A stretch of 64,000 nt of DNA from a virus (lineage: Duplodnaviria; Heunggongvirae; Uroviricota; Caudoviricetes). The DNA lies in IMG/VR virus record IMGVR_UViG_3300021400_002728, positions 197,154 to 261,153 of that record, one strand, 5' to 3'. Numbering within the stretch: the stretch's first letter is position 1; each line of letters opens with the position of its first letter. Positions 9,763 through 19,729 of the stretch are shown here, piece after piece. Made by a program: the position numbers and the translations under genes. A model generated the notes under the pieces. The model did not search any database. It was not told the DNA's origin and saw nothing but the letters and a program-made list of their open reading frames with translations.

Positions 9763-10878
9763 TTATTCATGTCCAGCTTTCTTTCTAACCTTGTGAAAGA
9801 TTGTATCGAATGTATCTCCAGGTTCAAGATCAAAAAGTTCAGTTTCCATAGACGAAATAGCGAACTTATTATTTTTCCAGTCATATCCACGATACCAACC
9901 TTCTTTAGAATATTTAGTTTCCCATTCTTCTAAAGATACGTATTTTGCACCAGTTTCATTATTTATTCTAATAAGTCCTTTATTTTTATTAGTATTTTTA
10001 TTTCCAGTGCCTTTAGTCCAACCTTGTGGTTCATATATAGTTATAAATTCTTCTTCTAAAACATATTTATAAGTTTTTCCATTATTTATTGCTATTTTAC
10101 CTCTAATATGACCACATTTTTCAGTATTACCTTTTAGTGTTTTTGAAATTTTAGCTTTACACTCTTTAGATAATTTTTTACCTTTATTACTTTTACTAAT
10201 ATTTTCATTCCATTCTTTATTATGTGGTAATGGTTTACCTAAATGTGCTTTTCTATTCTTTTCATTAGATTGTTTGTTTTTAGGTGGACCTTTAATTATT
10301 GCACCGGATTTAACTAATTTTTCTAATTCATTAGCTTTTACTAATTTATACTGATTATTATAATAAATCCAAGTTCTACCTAAATTTTGATGTAGTGTTT
10401 TACTTAAATTTTTAAACCGTTCTTTTTCTTTTTCAGAACAGACGTGTTTAGATCCAGTTAATCTTTTAGACATTAATTCAGAATTTATTTTACTTATTTG
10501 ATTTATTTCTTCTTTATTGTTAATAATAAAATCTTCTAAATTATATGTAATACCATTAGCTTTATGTTGTCCTAAAAATCTAATAACTGCAGTTGAATTT
10601 GCAAGTTTATATTTATTATTGTAACTACAAAAACACAAATATAAATGTGCTAAAATATGATCAGCTCTAGATAAATATACTAAATTATCTTCGGTATTAT
10701 CTAATTTTTTAGATATACTTTTATAATAATAGTTAGGAATGATATGATGTAAATCATATCCTCGTTGTTTAATATTAGATTTATTTTTGACAATTAGTTT
10801 CACATATTTAGATAAATATTTATTATTAATACATAATTTTAAGTCTAATAGTTTATTTTTCAGATCTTTCTGTGTCAT
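9763..10878 (-). CDS. HNH/NUMOD3-type homing endonuclease, ending in a second copy of the radical SAM C-terminus
   Basis: DLHHIIP..NLVYLSRADHILAH HNH-like core, NUMOD3-like 'KAKISKTLKG' repeats, Lys/AT-rich; last 33 aa match the end of 10853-11767. Confidence 0.8.
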   Translation of the reverse strand: MTQKDLKNKLLDLKLCINNKYLSKYVKLIVKNKSNIKQRGYDLHHIIPNYYYKSISKKLDNTEDNLVYLSRADHILAHLYLCFCSYNNKYKLANSTAVIRFLGQHKANGITYNLEDFIINNKEEINQISKINSELMSKRLTGSKHVCSEKEKERFKNLSKTLHQNLGRTWIYYNNQYKLVKANELEKLVKSGAIIKGPPKNKQSNEKNRKAHLGKPLPHNKEWNENISKSNKGKKLSKECKAKISKTLKGNTEKCGHIRGKIAINNGKTYKYVLEEEFITIYEPQGWTKGTGNKNTNKNKGLIRINNETGAKYVSLEEWETKYSKEGWYRGYDWKNNKFAISSMETELFDLEPGDTFDTIFHKVRKKAGHE

Positions 10879-11767
10879 GACCTGCTACCTCTCGCACATG
10901 CTTAAACATGGAGTCCAAAGTATCATTTTCTTTAATTGGAAAAATATTTTCAGTTTCCATTGAACTAATTGCATAAGTATTATCAATTAAATTTACAAAA
11001 AATGTATATTGTCCTTCGGCACCCATATTATGAAGTGCCCATTTCTCGGGACCAACCTTCTCTTCCATATGAAGATCTATAGTAGCAAGTGTGTCAAATC
11101 CAATACCATTGAATCTATCCTTGTTTTCCATAAGATGTTTATCAAGGTAATCGATGTTGGCATCTACTTCATCTTTATGCTTTTCATAGTACTCAACACC
11201 ACGACCCTTATGTTTGAATCCTAGCATAAGAAGCTTAAGATTATGATCTGCCATATTCTCAAGATCTTCTTTGGTGAAGCATCCATCAATAACATGAACT
11301 ACTACATTCTTGAGACCGTTCTCCCAAAGAATAGAATCTGACGAATTAGTAAGAGAAACACCAATGCCCCATACTAACTGTCTATTCTGCCAATCTTTAA
11401 GAGTCTCAACATTATCCTTAAGATGTTTCTGGTTGATTGTAATGTTTACAAATACACCTTTTTCTTTCATCTTAATAAGGAATGCTTCAAGTCCAGGATG
11501 AGTCATATCATTTGCATTGATTGCCATCTCTGTACCAGGATGTACAGTGTCAAAGATCGGATTAGTGAGATCTGCATGAGGCTTATCCATATTGCAGTTC
11601 AAATAACAGTATTCACAACCACCATTACACTTTTCTGTGATTGTGACATCCATACTTTCTGCAAAATCTGGAGTAAGATTGTCAAGGTCATTCATACGAA
11701 TCTTTGTGCCGTCATCAAAAAGACGAACAGTATAATTTCCATTTTTATATTTAGCAAGAAGCTTCAT
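10853..11767 (-). CDS. radical SAM protein
   Basis: CxxxCxxC (CNGGCEYC). Confidence 0.9.
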   Translation of the reverse strand: MKLLAKYKNGNYTVRLFDDGTKIRMNDLDNLTPDFAESMDVTITEKCNGGCEYCYLNCNMDKPHADLTNPIFDTVHPGTEMAINANDMTHPGLEAFLIKMKEKGVFVNITINQKHLKDNVETLKDWQNRQLVWGIGVSLTNSSDSILWENGLKNVVVHVIDGCFTKEDLENMADHNLKLLMLGFKHKGRGVEYYEKHKDEVDANIDYLDKHLMENKDRFNGIGFDTLATIDLHMEEKVGPEKWALHNMGAEGQYTFFVNLIDNTYAISSMETENIFPIKENDTLDSMFKHVREVAGHDTERSEK

Positions 11768-11794
11768 ATCTAAGTTCCTTTCAATTTTTTAGAT

Positions 11795-11830
11795 TATTAT
11801 AACATAACAAATTTAGTTTGTATATAGTTT
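11795..11830 (-). promoter_or_regulatory. sigmaA-type promoter
   Basis: TATACA-N17-TATAAT with TG extension. Confidence 0.7.
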
Positions 11831-11838
11831 AAACTATA

Positions 11839-12453
11839 TTATTTTTTATATTCTTTCCATTTTTGATAAAATGCATATATATTAAGTTTACCTTTGGTAA
11901 AGCCTTTACCATACCAATCAGTATATTTATCACTATATGTGTTAGCATCACTGTTAATTGCTACATAGGCAGGTATTTCATTTATAGCATTTAATGTTCC
12001 TATTGGTAATGAGCTGATTGTGTCTATATATACTACGTCAGCATCTGCACATCCTTTAGTTACATCATAATTACCATCTACATCTATTTCAGTAATTAGA
12101 TCATAGTAGTCTGTATGTAAAAATGCTTCATCAATTGTATAGTAATCTCCATTTTCTTCAGGTTCACCTATAAAAACATGAAAAGCCCTAGAATATGTTT
12201 GAGGTTCCCAGTCTCTACTCAATAAAACATTAATATCTTTTTCAATATCATGTATTTTTGCTACTCTATCTTCTCTATCTACACCTAAATATTTATATGG
12301 TAATTCAGTTTCAATATTATCTGCAATTTGCTTGTTTATAGTAAGTCTAAAATTACCTAAAGTTACAGTAAAACCACTATCTATATCTTCAATTGTGTAT
12401 TTTTTACTATTTTTATTATCTAGTATTAAATCTTTTACTTCTTCGACTGTCAT
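11839..12453 (-). CDS. hypothetical protein
   Basis: ORF with AGGAGG RBS. Confidence 0.8.
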   Translation of the reverse strand: MTVEEVKDLILDNKNSKKYTIEDIDSGFTVTLGNFRLTINKQIADNIETELPYKYLGVDREDRVAKIHDIEKDINVLLSRDWEPQTYSRAFHVFIGEPEENGDYYTIDEAFLHTDYYDLITEIDVDGNYDVTKGCADADVVYIDTISSLPIGTLNAINEIPAYVAINSDANTYSDKYTDWYGKGFTKGKLNIYAFYQKWKEYKK

Positions 12454-12467
12454 GGTTTTCCTCCTAT

Positions 12468-12500
12468 AAAATAGAGGACCTAATCGCTTAGATCCTCTTT
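12468..12500 (-). terminator. intrinsic terminator
   Basis: AGAGGATCTAA-GCGA-TTAGGTCCTCT followed by ATTTT. Confidence 0.65.
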
Positions 12501-12518
12501 GTGCTATTTATGTCTTCC

Positions 12519-12899
12519 TTAATCTCTACCACTGAAGCTAAATGCAGTAATATCACCTTCAGCTACATCAGCATATTCTTCCATTTCTTCTATAGTCTGA
12601 TCAAAAGTAAAGTAATCTCGGTTATTTGCATATTGTTTTAGATAATTAAGATCTAATGGTACGTCATCATCAATTAATCCTTCTGCATTCATCTCATCAA
12701 TAAAATCTTTTCCAGTCTTAAATTTTTGTTCGCTAGACTGTGTTCCGCTGTCCCATCTATTCCAAAATACTATATCTTCTAAATTATCATAATTTTCTTC
12801 ATGTTTACTAAATCTAATAAAATCAGTAGATTTCATCATAACTAGAACATGTACGCTGGAACTATTGGTTTCAAACATACTTGGTCTAAATTGAATCAT
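12519..12899 (-). CDS. FETNSSS-motif family protein 2
   Basis: true start MIQFRPSMFETNSSSVHVL behind AGAGG; upstream part of the ORF-track call overlaps the neighbour. Confidence 0.8.
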   Translation of the reverse strand: MIQFRPSMFETNSSSVHVLVMMKSTDFIRFSKHEENYDNLEDIVFWNRWDSGTQSSEQKFKTGKDFIDEMNAEGLIDDDVPLDLNYLKQYANNRDYFTFDQTIEEMEEYADVAEGDITAFSFSGRD

Positions 12900-12912
12900 A
12901 TTATACCTCTCT

Positions 12913-13623
12913 TTATCTTTTTCTGTTTTTCTTTTTATTGTGACGGTTTTTCTTAGTAAGATAGAAGTCATCATCTTCCCAAGCAGCATCTTCTTCCTGA
13001 AGATCTTCGATAGTTTTATTTTCGTAACCATCATATCCGTCGTATTCGCTTTCAATATCTTCATCATACTCTTTCTTATGTGCGAGATATTCTTTTTCAG
13101 CTTCAACTTCTTCATCAGAGATGACCATCTTAGCGAATCTAGTTGATTCCCAATCAATCTCATTACCGTCTTCGTCTATACAAATAATAAGATATTTTGG
13201 ATCTTTAATTAATGTCTGAACAGTTTTAATCTCACCTTTTGTTAAATACTGTGAATTATCCCATTCATCATTATAACCATGCCATTCACTAAAACTCTGA
13301 AAATCACCAAAACATTTAGCAAGAAGAACTTCTTCTCTGCAGAAAGTAACTCTTCTATTTTCAGGATCAGCATTTACTGGTCTACCATCTACATATATTT
13401 CTTTGACACCTGCATGTTTAAGTAAACCTAAGAACTGTTCTTCTTCCTGTTTAATTGCTGCCCAAGCGTATACTCCATTTAGATCACTTTTCCAATGATC
13501 TCCATTGGAATCAATTCTAACTACAGGTGGAATTTCAAGTTCAGCTACTTGACAAATCTGTACAGCAAATGTCATAGTAGACGAACTATTTGTTTCAAAT
13601 AATCCATATCTTACTTGAATCAT
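12913..13623 (-). CDS. FETNSSS-motif family protein 3
   Basis: MIQVRYGLFETNSSSTM; acidic then basic tail. Confidence 0.8.
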   Translation of the reverse strand: MIQVRYGLFETNSSSTMTFAVQICQVAELEIPPVVRIDSNGDHWKSDLNGVYAWAAIKQEEEQFLGLLKHAGVKEIYVDGRPVNADPENRRVTFCREEVLLAKCFGDFQSFSEWHGYNDEWDNSQYLTKGEIKTVQTLIKDPKYLIICIDEDGNEIDWESTRFAKMVISDEEVEAEKEYLAHKKEYDEDIESEYDGYDGYENKTIEDLQEEDAAWEDDDFYLTKKNRHNKKKNRKR

Positions 13624-13638
13624 AATTATTTCTCCTTA

Positions 13639-14673
13639 TTAATTCTTCTGCATATCATTTCCAACTATATTTAACAGTTCTACTTTTAATGCATTACCCA
13701 TTTCTAATACTTGACTTATCCAACTATCGATTATGTGTCTTGGTGGAAATTCTGATTCAGGTTTGTCAATTAATGATACCATTAATTTTATATCGTCTAT
13801 TTGTGAAATAACCATATTGATTGCTTTATTTGACTTACTTATTTTATTAGCTTCAAGATCGTCTAGTAGATCTAATAAATTCTGATATTCAGTTAAATTA
13901 GGAACTTCAGCTAGCATTATAGCAAGTAAAAAGTTGGTAAGTAAATTTCTGCTTATTTTAAATAATCTGTGAATATCATCTTCATCACAATCATCAATGC
14001 GCTTGTTAGAATATGCTATATTTAAAGATGTGAGTAGACCACTACCCTTGTTAAAATAATGATTAATATTTTCTACATTAGATAAATCATCTGAATTAGC
14101 TACATCATCAGTTACAGTAAAAACACGAATCATACTACTCATATTTTCACAATAATCTACTAATGACTTAAGATGATATATTTTAAGACCATTATCAGTT
14201 ATAGGAATATTCCAATACTCACCATGATAGTCAATATCTTTTAAATCATGTGTTTGTCCAACCGTAAATTTTTTTAACCACATATCCAAATCTGGTGTAA
14301 GTTTACGAATATCATTGGCTAAATTTTTGAGTCCATAAAATTTCTCTTCATCAACCTTAGCACGATCAAATGGTAGTTCAAATACTTTCCCTCTATTTTC
14401 GGGATTTTCACGAAATTCCTCTCCATATTTTACAATAACATTTTCAAAACTATTTATAGACTTCATAGCTATAAATGTTCCAGTGTATAAAATAGCATTT
14501 TTTGTAACATCATTATCTGATCTATTAAAATCAGTTATTGCCTCTATAGCTTGTTGATAATATGCCTGAGCCTCTCTAAAGTCTATAATTTTATCAAAAT
14601 CAGCACCAAATAACTGATATTTATTTAAGTACTTTTTAAGTAATTCTTCATTTTGTACTGTTTGACTTTTCAT
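13639..14673 (-). CDS. helical hypothetical protein
   Basis: long ORF; start at MKSQT behind AGGAGG. Confidence 0.8.
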   Translation of the reverse strand: MKSQTVQNEELLKKYLNKYQLFGADFDKIIDFREAQAYYQQAIEAITDFNRSDNDVTKNAILYTGTFIAMKSINSFENVIVKYGEEFRENPENRGKVFELPFDRAKVDEEKFYGLKNLANDIRKLTPDLDMWLKKFTVGQTHDLKDIDYHGEYWNIPITDNGLKIYHLKSLVDYCENMSSMIRVFTVTDDVANSDDLSNVENINHYFNKGSGLLTSLNIAYSNKRIDDCDEDDIHRLFKISRNLLTNFLLAIMLAEVPNLTEYQNLLDLLDDLEANKISKSNKAINMVISQIDDIKLMVSLIDKPESEFPPRHIIDSWISQVLEMGNALKVELLNIVGNDMQKN

Positions 14674-14697
14674 GCTGGATCCTCCTTTTATATAATA

Positions 14698-14760
14698 CAA
14701 ATAGCGTACCTATTGCTAGATACGCTATTTTTCACATTCATACTATTATATATAAATAGC
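14698..14760 (-). promoter_or_regulatory. repeated promoter-like + hairpin element, copy 5 (covaried stem)
   Basis: stem AATAGCGTA/TACGCTATT replaces ATGACTTG/CAGGTCAT; flanks conserved. Confidence 0.75.
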
Positions 14761-14762
14761 TT

Positions 14763-14990
14763 TTAATTATTCATTTGATCTATTTTATCAAATATATCTG
14801 TAAATAGTCTCATCTTAGTTTTTGCATTAGTAAGTAGCTTCTGGTAGGTATATTCATCTATATCCAGAACTGACATTACTTCTACTATGTTTAATTCTTC
14901 ATAGTAGGTTAATATTAAGACCATTTTCTCTTGTTCGGTCATATAAGACATGCCTTTAGTTAAGGCTTCTACCAAGCTTTCTTTGTTCAT
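14763..14990 (-). CDS. stand-alone sigma-70 region-4-like protein (FliA/SigD-like)
   Basis: MTEQEKMVLILTYYEELNIVEVMSVLDI resembles the sigma28 region 4 HTH. Confidence 0.6.
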   Translation of the reverse strand: MNKESLVEALTKGMSYMTEQEKMVLILTYYEELNIVEVMSVLDIDEYTYQKLLTNAKTKMRLFTDIFDKIDQMNN

Positions 14991-15002
14991 ATAATTTACC
15001 TA

Positions 15003-15452
15003 TTAAGAAAGTCTAAGTGAGATAAATTTCTTACCTTCACCAAACTCATTATCTACTGCTTCCTGACAAACTTCAAAGTCTTCCATTGTAGTGAGTTTAG
15101 TAGTTTCATTGAATAAAACCTGAATAAGACCCTTTTTATCATAACAACGATAGTTACCTCTTTCTTTGTATAATTCAAATAGCTTTACTACGTTCTCATC
15201 AGAACATCTTACATTCTGAACACCAATTGCAAGAAGACTATTAAGGAATCCTCCTATATAATCATCTTCAAACTCTCGTTCAGGTCTATACCAACAGTAA
15301 TAGTCGTTAAACAATATTTGAAGCATAGAATCTTCACTGTTAGGTATCAGTGTAACAGTTTTCTGTACTGTAGCATTACCTTTAGGGTCATATACAAATA
15401 CATGACAAGATGAACTGTTTGTTTCAAACATAGCGTTTCGTATTTCTAACAT
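15003..15452 (-). CDS. FETNSSS-motif family protein 4
   Basis: MLEIRNAMFETNSSSCHVF. Confidence 0.8.
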   Translation of the reverse strand: MLEIRNAMFETNSSSCHVFVYDPKGNATVQKTVTLIPNSEDSMLQILFNDYYCWYRPEREFEDDYIGGFLNSLLAIGVQNVRCSDENVVKLFELYKERGNYRCYDKKGLIQVLFNETTKLTTMEDFEVCQEAVDNEFGEGKKFISLRLS

Positions 15453-15457
15453 AATAA

Positions 15458-15907
15458 CTAATTCTCCTTATCCATAGTTTCATCTTTACATTCGCCTATT
15501 CGTATAAGTTCTTCTATAACTCTATGACATTCCGCTTCTACGTCTTCTGTAGTAGCATACATATTATAGTATTCTGAATCTCCACTCATAGCTCTAGCAT
15601 ATTCAAGTATATCTTCTATGTTAGGATCATTTCCATGTAGTTTACGAATACCTTCTTCATCAATACCATCCCACAAATGATGATGATCCCATCCAATAAA
15701 CCAACCATTAAGTCCTTTAATATGACCACTAAAAGTTAATCCAACTGAGTTAAAGTCAAGTTCAGTAAAGTGGATTTCATAAAAAGGATGAGTTTCTGGA
15801 ATATGAACATATCCGCATCTATATCCCTGAATATCATGAAACCATACAGCATATAAATAATTTTTATATTTATTTATTACTTCATAGTCTTCGGTTGGTT
15901 TAAGCAT
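15458..15907 (-). CDS. phage hypothetical protein, paralogue of 46982-47473
   Basis: GYRCGYVHIPETHP...WFIGWD motif. Confidence 0.75.
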   Translation of the reverse strand: MLKPTEDYEVINKYKNYLYAVWFHDIQGYRCGYVHIPETHPFYEIHFTELDFNSVGLTFSGHIKGLNGWFIGWDHHHLWDGIDEEGIRKLHGNDPNIEDILEYARAMSGDSEYYNMYATTEDVEAECHRVIEELIRIGECKDETMDKEN

Positions 15908-15910
15908 ATA

Positions 15911-16276
15911 TTACTCCTTAATCTCTGGAAATCTTACATTCTGACCAAAATAACCCACAATATCTGTATTCCAATATCTAATGAATGCTTCAATTTCAGT
16001 TGTTCTGAAAAATAATCTTTCACCTTCTTGATCAGCAACTCTAACAGAATAATGATTGTCCCAAATATCTACTATAATATATGGTTCAGTCATAAACTTA
16101 TAAATTGTTCCAGAATCCTCTTGCGTGCAAATTACTAATTTGCTATCATTATAAAGCTCCATCATTTCAGTTTCAGACATTTCAGAAAGTTCTGCATATT
16201 CTTTAACCATACCTAAAATGGATTCTTTTACATCATATTCAAAGAATCTTTCAAGTTCTCTATTTCTAGGATTCAT
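15911..16276 (-). CDS. hypothetical protein
   Basis: ORF with AGGAG RBS. Confidence 0.75.
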   Translation of the reverse strand: MNPRNRELERFFEYDVKESILGMVKEYAELSEMSETEMMELYNDSKLVICTQEDSGTIYKFMTEPYIIVDIWDNHYSVRVADQEGERLFFRTTEIEAFIRYWNTDIVGYFGQNVRFPEIKE

Positions 16277-16288
16277 ATTATATTCTCC

Positions 16289-16660
16289 TTATCGTACAAA
16301 GTATTTCCAGCCATAAGGGAAATTATAATCAACTCCACAACAAATGTCTCTAATTTTGATTTTTATAATGTCACTTGCTCCACCATAGCCAGAGATACTA
16401 AGTTCTTTTTCCATTTCTCTACACTTCTGAGCAAATTTGATATATTTTGAATAGAATCTACCTTTATCGTCATCATACTTCATATCTATAGAATCTATAG
16501 TGTTCTGATTAGGAAACTTAATATAGTCTTCCATGCATACATCATACGCTGCTTTAAGAGTTCTATACCATTCATCAATATCCTCAAATTTCTCAGTGCT
16601 AGTGAACTTAAGAACTTCATTAGGTATCTCAGGATCGATGAAATTAGTCATTTCATACAT
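16289..16660 (-). CDS. hypothetical protein
   Basis: ORF; start at MYEMT behind GAGGAGG. Confidence 0.75.
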   Translation of the reverse strand: MYEMTNFIDPEIPNEVLKFTSTEKFEDIDEWYRTLKAAYDVCMEDYIKFPNQNTIDSIDMKYDDDKGRFYSKYIKFAQKCREMEKELSISGYGGASDIIKIKIRDICCGVDYNFPYGWKYFVR

Positions 16661-16673
16661 AATAAATACCTCC

Positions 16674-17006
16674 TCAACCTGCACCTACGTATGCGTCAAT
16701 ATATAATACCTCTCGTTTCATTTGATAATCAACAGTAAGTGCTTGTATTTCATTTCCATTTACATACGCAACTGAACCAGTTTGATGATAGATATTTTCA
16801 AACATCTTCATATCCCATTCTTTATCTACAATTCGAACAGAATCTGCATGAATCTCTTCTCTAAATTCTCCATTAGGACCTTTCCATTCAACAGGTCTAC
16901 CATGTGAATCCCAGTAATAGCTAATAACTACATCTATATCTTGTGCAGTAAAAACTATTTCTTCTACTTCATTCATTTTTTCGAATTCAAAACTAATAGA
17001 TTCCAT
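16674..17006 (-). CDS. hypothetical protein
   Basis: ORF; start at MESIS. Confidence 0.7.
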   Translation of the reverse strand: MESISFEFEKMNEVEEIVFTAQDIDVVISYYWDSHGRPVEWKGPNGEFREEIHADSVRIVDKEWDMKMFENIYHQTGSVAYVNGNEIQALTVDYQMKREVLYIDAYVGAG

Positions 17007-17007
17007 A

Positions 17008-17241
17008 CTATATTTCCTCTTCAGTTTCCAGTATAACACGTTCTACATAGGGATATAATGTGTCATAGTAATCACATGCCCATTCAGTAAGATCACAAGT
17101 ATCTCCACCATAATTCTCATCAAATGGTACAAATCCAGACATAATGTTCATTATAATAGAAGAAATATTACTTTCAACAATTTGTTCTTTAGTCATATAT
17201 TTCTTCATGTAGTCTCTAACCTTTCTTTCATCAGAAGTCAT
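17008..17241 (-). CDS. hypothetical protein
   Basis: ORF with AGGAGG RBS. Confidence 0.7.
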   Translation of the reverse strand: MTSDERKVRDYMKKYMTKEQIVESNISSIIMNIMSGFVPFDENYGGDTCDLTEWACDYYDTLYPYVERVILETEEEI

Positions 17242-17243
17242 AT

Positions 17244-17624
17244 CTAATCCTCCTTATTAACTGTAATCTTTATAATAAATGAATCATGTTTATATCTGTC
17301 TCTATCTTCTACTTTTACCTTAATTCTAACTTCTTCAAGTTCAGTATTATCATGATATTGATCTATCCAATACTTAGCCCATCTAGTAATTTCTTTCTTC
17401 ATACCAGATAAACTTGTACTCCATTCTTCTTGACATAACCAATATAACATAATGTAATCATCTTGAACATATATATCACTATCTTTATCACGTAATGGCT
17501 CATACTTATTATGATTAAACTCATAAATATTTATAGAGTCTTCATTAAAACAAGGAACAGGCGCATCTGCATGTGCTTTCCAGTTTATCTCAAAATTATC
17601 TACTAAATAAGAAAGAAGTTTCAT
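17244..17624 (-). CDS. hypothetical protein
   Basis: ORF; start at MKLLS behind AGGAGG. Confidence 0.75.
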   Translation of the reverse strand: MKLLSYLVDNFEINWKAHADAPVPCFNEDSINIYEFNHNKYEPLRDKDSDIYVQDDYIMLYWLCQEEWSTSLSGMKKEITRWAKYWIDQYHDNTELEEVRIKVKVEDRDRYKHDSFIIKITVNKED

Positions 17625-17634
17625 AATAACCTCC

Positions 17635-18156
17635 TTATAATACAAATTTAATTATACAACCAATAGTTATATCTAAAAATACGAATACCCAAGTAAATAC
17701 TACACCAGCAGTACTATTACCGTCAATTCTAGCAAGACTAATTCGTTTAATTGGTCCACAAGGGATTCCTTTTCCATTAAATATATCTAAGAATAAATGT
17801 GACATACAACCTAAGAAGAAACCTATCATAGGTGTAAAAAAGAAATAACATAATACTAATCCAATTGTATAAGTAATTGGATCATGCAGAATTCCTCTGT
17901 GGTTTGAGCCAACCTTACCAAGTTTCTTATTAATAGCACCTATAACTGTAGACACTGGTGCAGAAAGCTGTCCCATATGACTACTAGGATTATCTATGTC
18001 TGGAAAAATACCACCTAAGATACCACCAAGTATAAATAATGTAGCTGTCTCAGGTGTATTAGTTACATTAGGAATTATTGCAGCTACTTTATCTAAGTTC
18101 ATTGTTACTGCTGTACCAACTGCTGCTCCATATACAAAATGACAATTTCCATTCAT
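17635..18156 (-). CDS. membrane-bound metal-dependent hydrolase (YdjM-like)
   Basis: PDID, HRGILH, SHLFLD motifs with hydrophobic segments. Confidence 0.8.
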   Translation of the reverse strand: MNGNCHFVYGAAVGTAVTMNLDKVAAIIPNVTNTPETATLFILGGILGGIFPDIDNPSSHMGQLSAPVSTVIGAINKKLGKVGSNHRGILHDPITYTIGLVLCYFFFTPMIGFFLGCMSHLFLDIFNGKGIPCGPIKRISLARIDGNSTAGVVFTWVFVFLDITIGCIIKFVL

Positions 18157-18180
18157 AGATTAAATACCTCTTTTTGTTTT

Positions 18181-18215
18181 ATTATAACAAGAAACCGTCA
18201 ACTTGTAAATAGTTT
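18181..18215 (-). promoter_or_regulatory. sigmaA-type promoter
   Basis: AACTA-TTTACA-N17-TATAAT with TG extension. Confidence 0.8.
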
Positions 18216-18241
18216 CTTATTATAACTTAATGTAATCTTCT

Positions 18242-18607
18242 TTACTTATAAATGCTAATCTTTTGTAAGCAATCTACAGGAAATTCAATATCGTCTTCTT
18301 TTCTGATATTGATTTCTCTACAAAGATCATACAAGGTCTCATACTTATCAGAATTACTGTCGAGATTAGCTATCATAAGACTAAATGTATTAGGACAATG
18401 TTCCTCAAAGAACTTAGTAACTGCCTCAAAATTCTCTCTAGAATCTGAAAGTGCATACTTCAAACTTTCATGAGTTTCATGTAAATCGCCTGAAATACAT
18501 CCAGCTTGTTCCATCTCATATTCACTATAACCTCTACTAGCTCTTTCATAATCTTTAGAGGCCTTGCTGAAGAACAATAATTGCTCTTCTAACTCTACAT
18601 ACTTCAT
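18242..18607 (-). CDS. hypothetical protein
   Basis: ORF with AGGAGG RBS. Confidence 0.75.
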   Translation of the reverse strand: MKYVELEEQLLFFSKASKDYERASRGYSEYEMEQAGCISGDLHETHESLKYALSDSRENFEAVTKFFEEHCPNTFSLMIANLDSNSDKYETLYDLCREINIRKEDDIEFPVDCLQKISIYK

Positions 18608-18617
18608 TGTATACCTC

Positions 18618-18806
18618 CTATACTTCTAAATGAACTATAAATTTAGATCCTTTAGGTTCAATAGAATAAATTATTTCTGTTAATAATTCCGGCTTATTCA
18701 TTCTAATTGCATTCTTATCTGCTTCATAGATTATATCACCACGATCACCACGTTCAACTCTGATAATCTCTGAACCAATGACTTTAAGGAACTGTTCTAA
18801 TATCAT
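18618..18806 (-). CDS. hypothetical protein
   Basis: ORF with AGGAGG RBS. Confidence 0.7.
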   Translation of the reverse strand: MILEQFLKVIGSEIIRVERGDRGDIIYEADKNAIRMNKPELLTEIIYSIEPKGSKFIVHLEV

Positions 18807-18818
18807 AAATATTCCTCC

Positions 18819-19154
18819 TTATGTCCAATCGTTATTGATAATATAATCATTAACTCTCTTAGCAAAAGCAAGAGCAGATTTGAGAACTTCAATATATTCT
18901 TCTGTATCAGCAAAAGAGTCTGCGCACATTCTCATACCATGTGATACTTCAGTTCTTTCTGGATCATATCTATGCTTTACTGGTGTACCATCAAATCGAG
19001 GATTACCTACACTAGAAAGTCTTACTTCTACTACATGTTTTTCTGCTGCATCTGAACTTTTTACTTTAAGGCCTTCCCAAGGTGTATCATTTACTCCAAT
19101 ACCAGAGTCCTTTACTAAGGTAAAATCACCTTCTGAAAAAATTACTTCTAACAT
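18819..19154 (-). CDS. hypothetical protein
   Basis: ORF with AGGAGG RBS. Confidence 0.75.
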   Translation of the reverse strand: MLEVIFSEGDFTLVKDSGIGVNDTPWEGLKVKSSDAAEKHVVEVRLSSVGNPRFDGTPVKHRYDPERTEVSHGMRMCADSFADTEEYIEVLKSALAFAKRVNDYIINNDWT

Positions 19155-19289
19155 ATTTATACCTCCTATTCTACAAGCTGATATACATAAGATTGTTCTA
19201 GTAAATCACCTATAGAGTAACCTCTTGAAAAATATGAATGTTTTTCTAAAAACTTACGATAAGCTTTTACAGTGTAAGCTTTTTTAGTT

Positions 19290-19661
19290 CTATATACAAT
19301 CTCCTGAATAAATCTTTTTTCTTTTACCAATATCATGTATACTTATTGAATCAAATTCTGGTCCAATAAAGTCAAAGTCTGCTATTTCTTCACAGCCAGT
19401 TGAAAACTGATTTTTGAATATTTGTTCTAATGCTTGATCATCTTCAAATGTTTCTTCAAGTAAATTATCAAAACAGTCGTATTCATCTTCAGCATCATAT
19501 ATCTCTGTAATGATGTTTGTACCATTTTTAGACTTATACTCTACTATGGTATTATCTTCAACAAATTCTCTAAATTCAAAAATATACTTATGCTCATTAT
19601 ATTCTTTAGCATTATAATCATCTATCTGCGAATTTAATGAATACTTAGTATTAAGCTGCAT
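19290..19661 (-). CDS. hypothetical protein
   Basis: ORF; start at MQLNT behind AGGAGG. Confidence 0.75.
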   Translation of the reverse strand: MQLNTKYSLNSQIDDYNAKEYNEHKYIFEFREFVEDNTIVEYKSKNGTNIITEIYDAEDEYDCFDNLLEETFEDDQALEQIFKNQFSTGCEEIADFDFIGPEFDSISIHDIGKRKKIYSGDCI

Positions 19662-19684
19662 GATGAATACCTCCTTTATCAAAC

Positions 19685-19729
19685 AAAATGACCTGCTTCT
19701 TTCGAAACAAGTCATTTTTCACATTCTTA
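19685..19729 (-). promoter_or_regulatory. repeated element copy 6 (hairpin half only)
   Basis: GAATGTGAAAAATGACTTGTTTC-GAAA-GAAGCAGGTCATTTT; matching promoter-like half lies at ~20031-20050. Confidence 0.75.
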
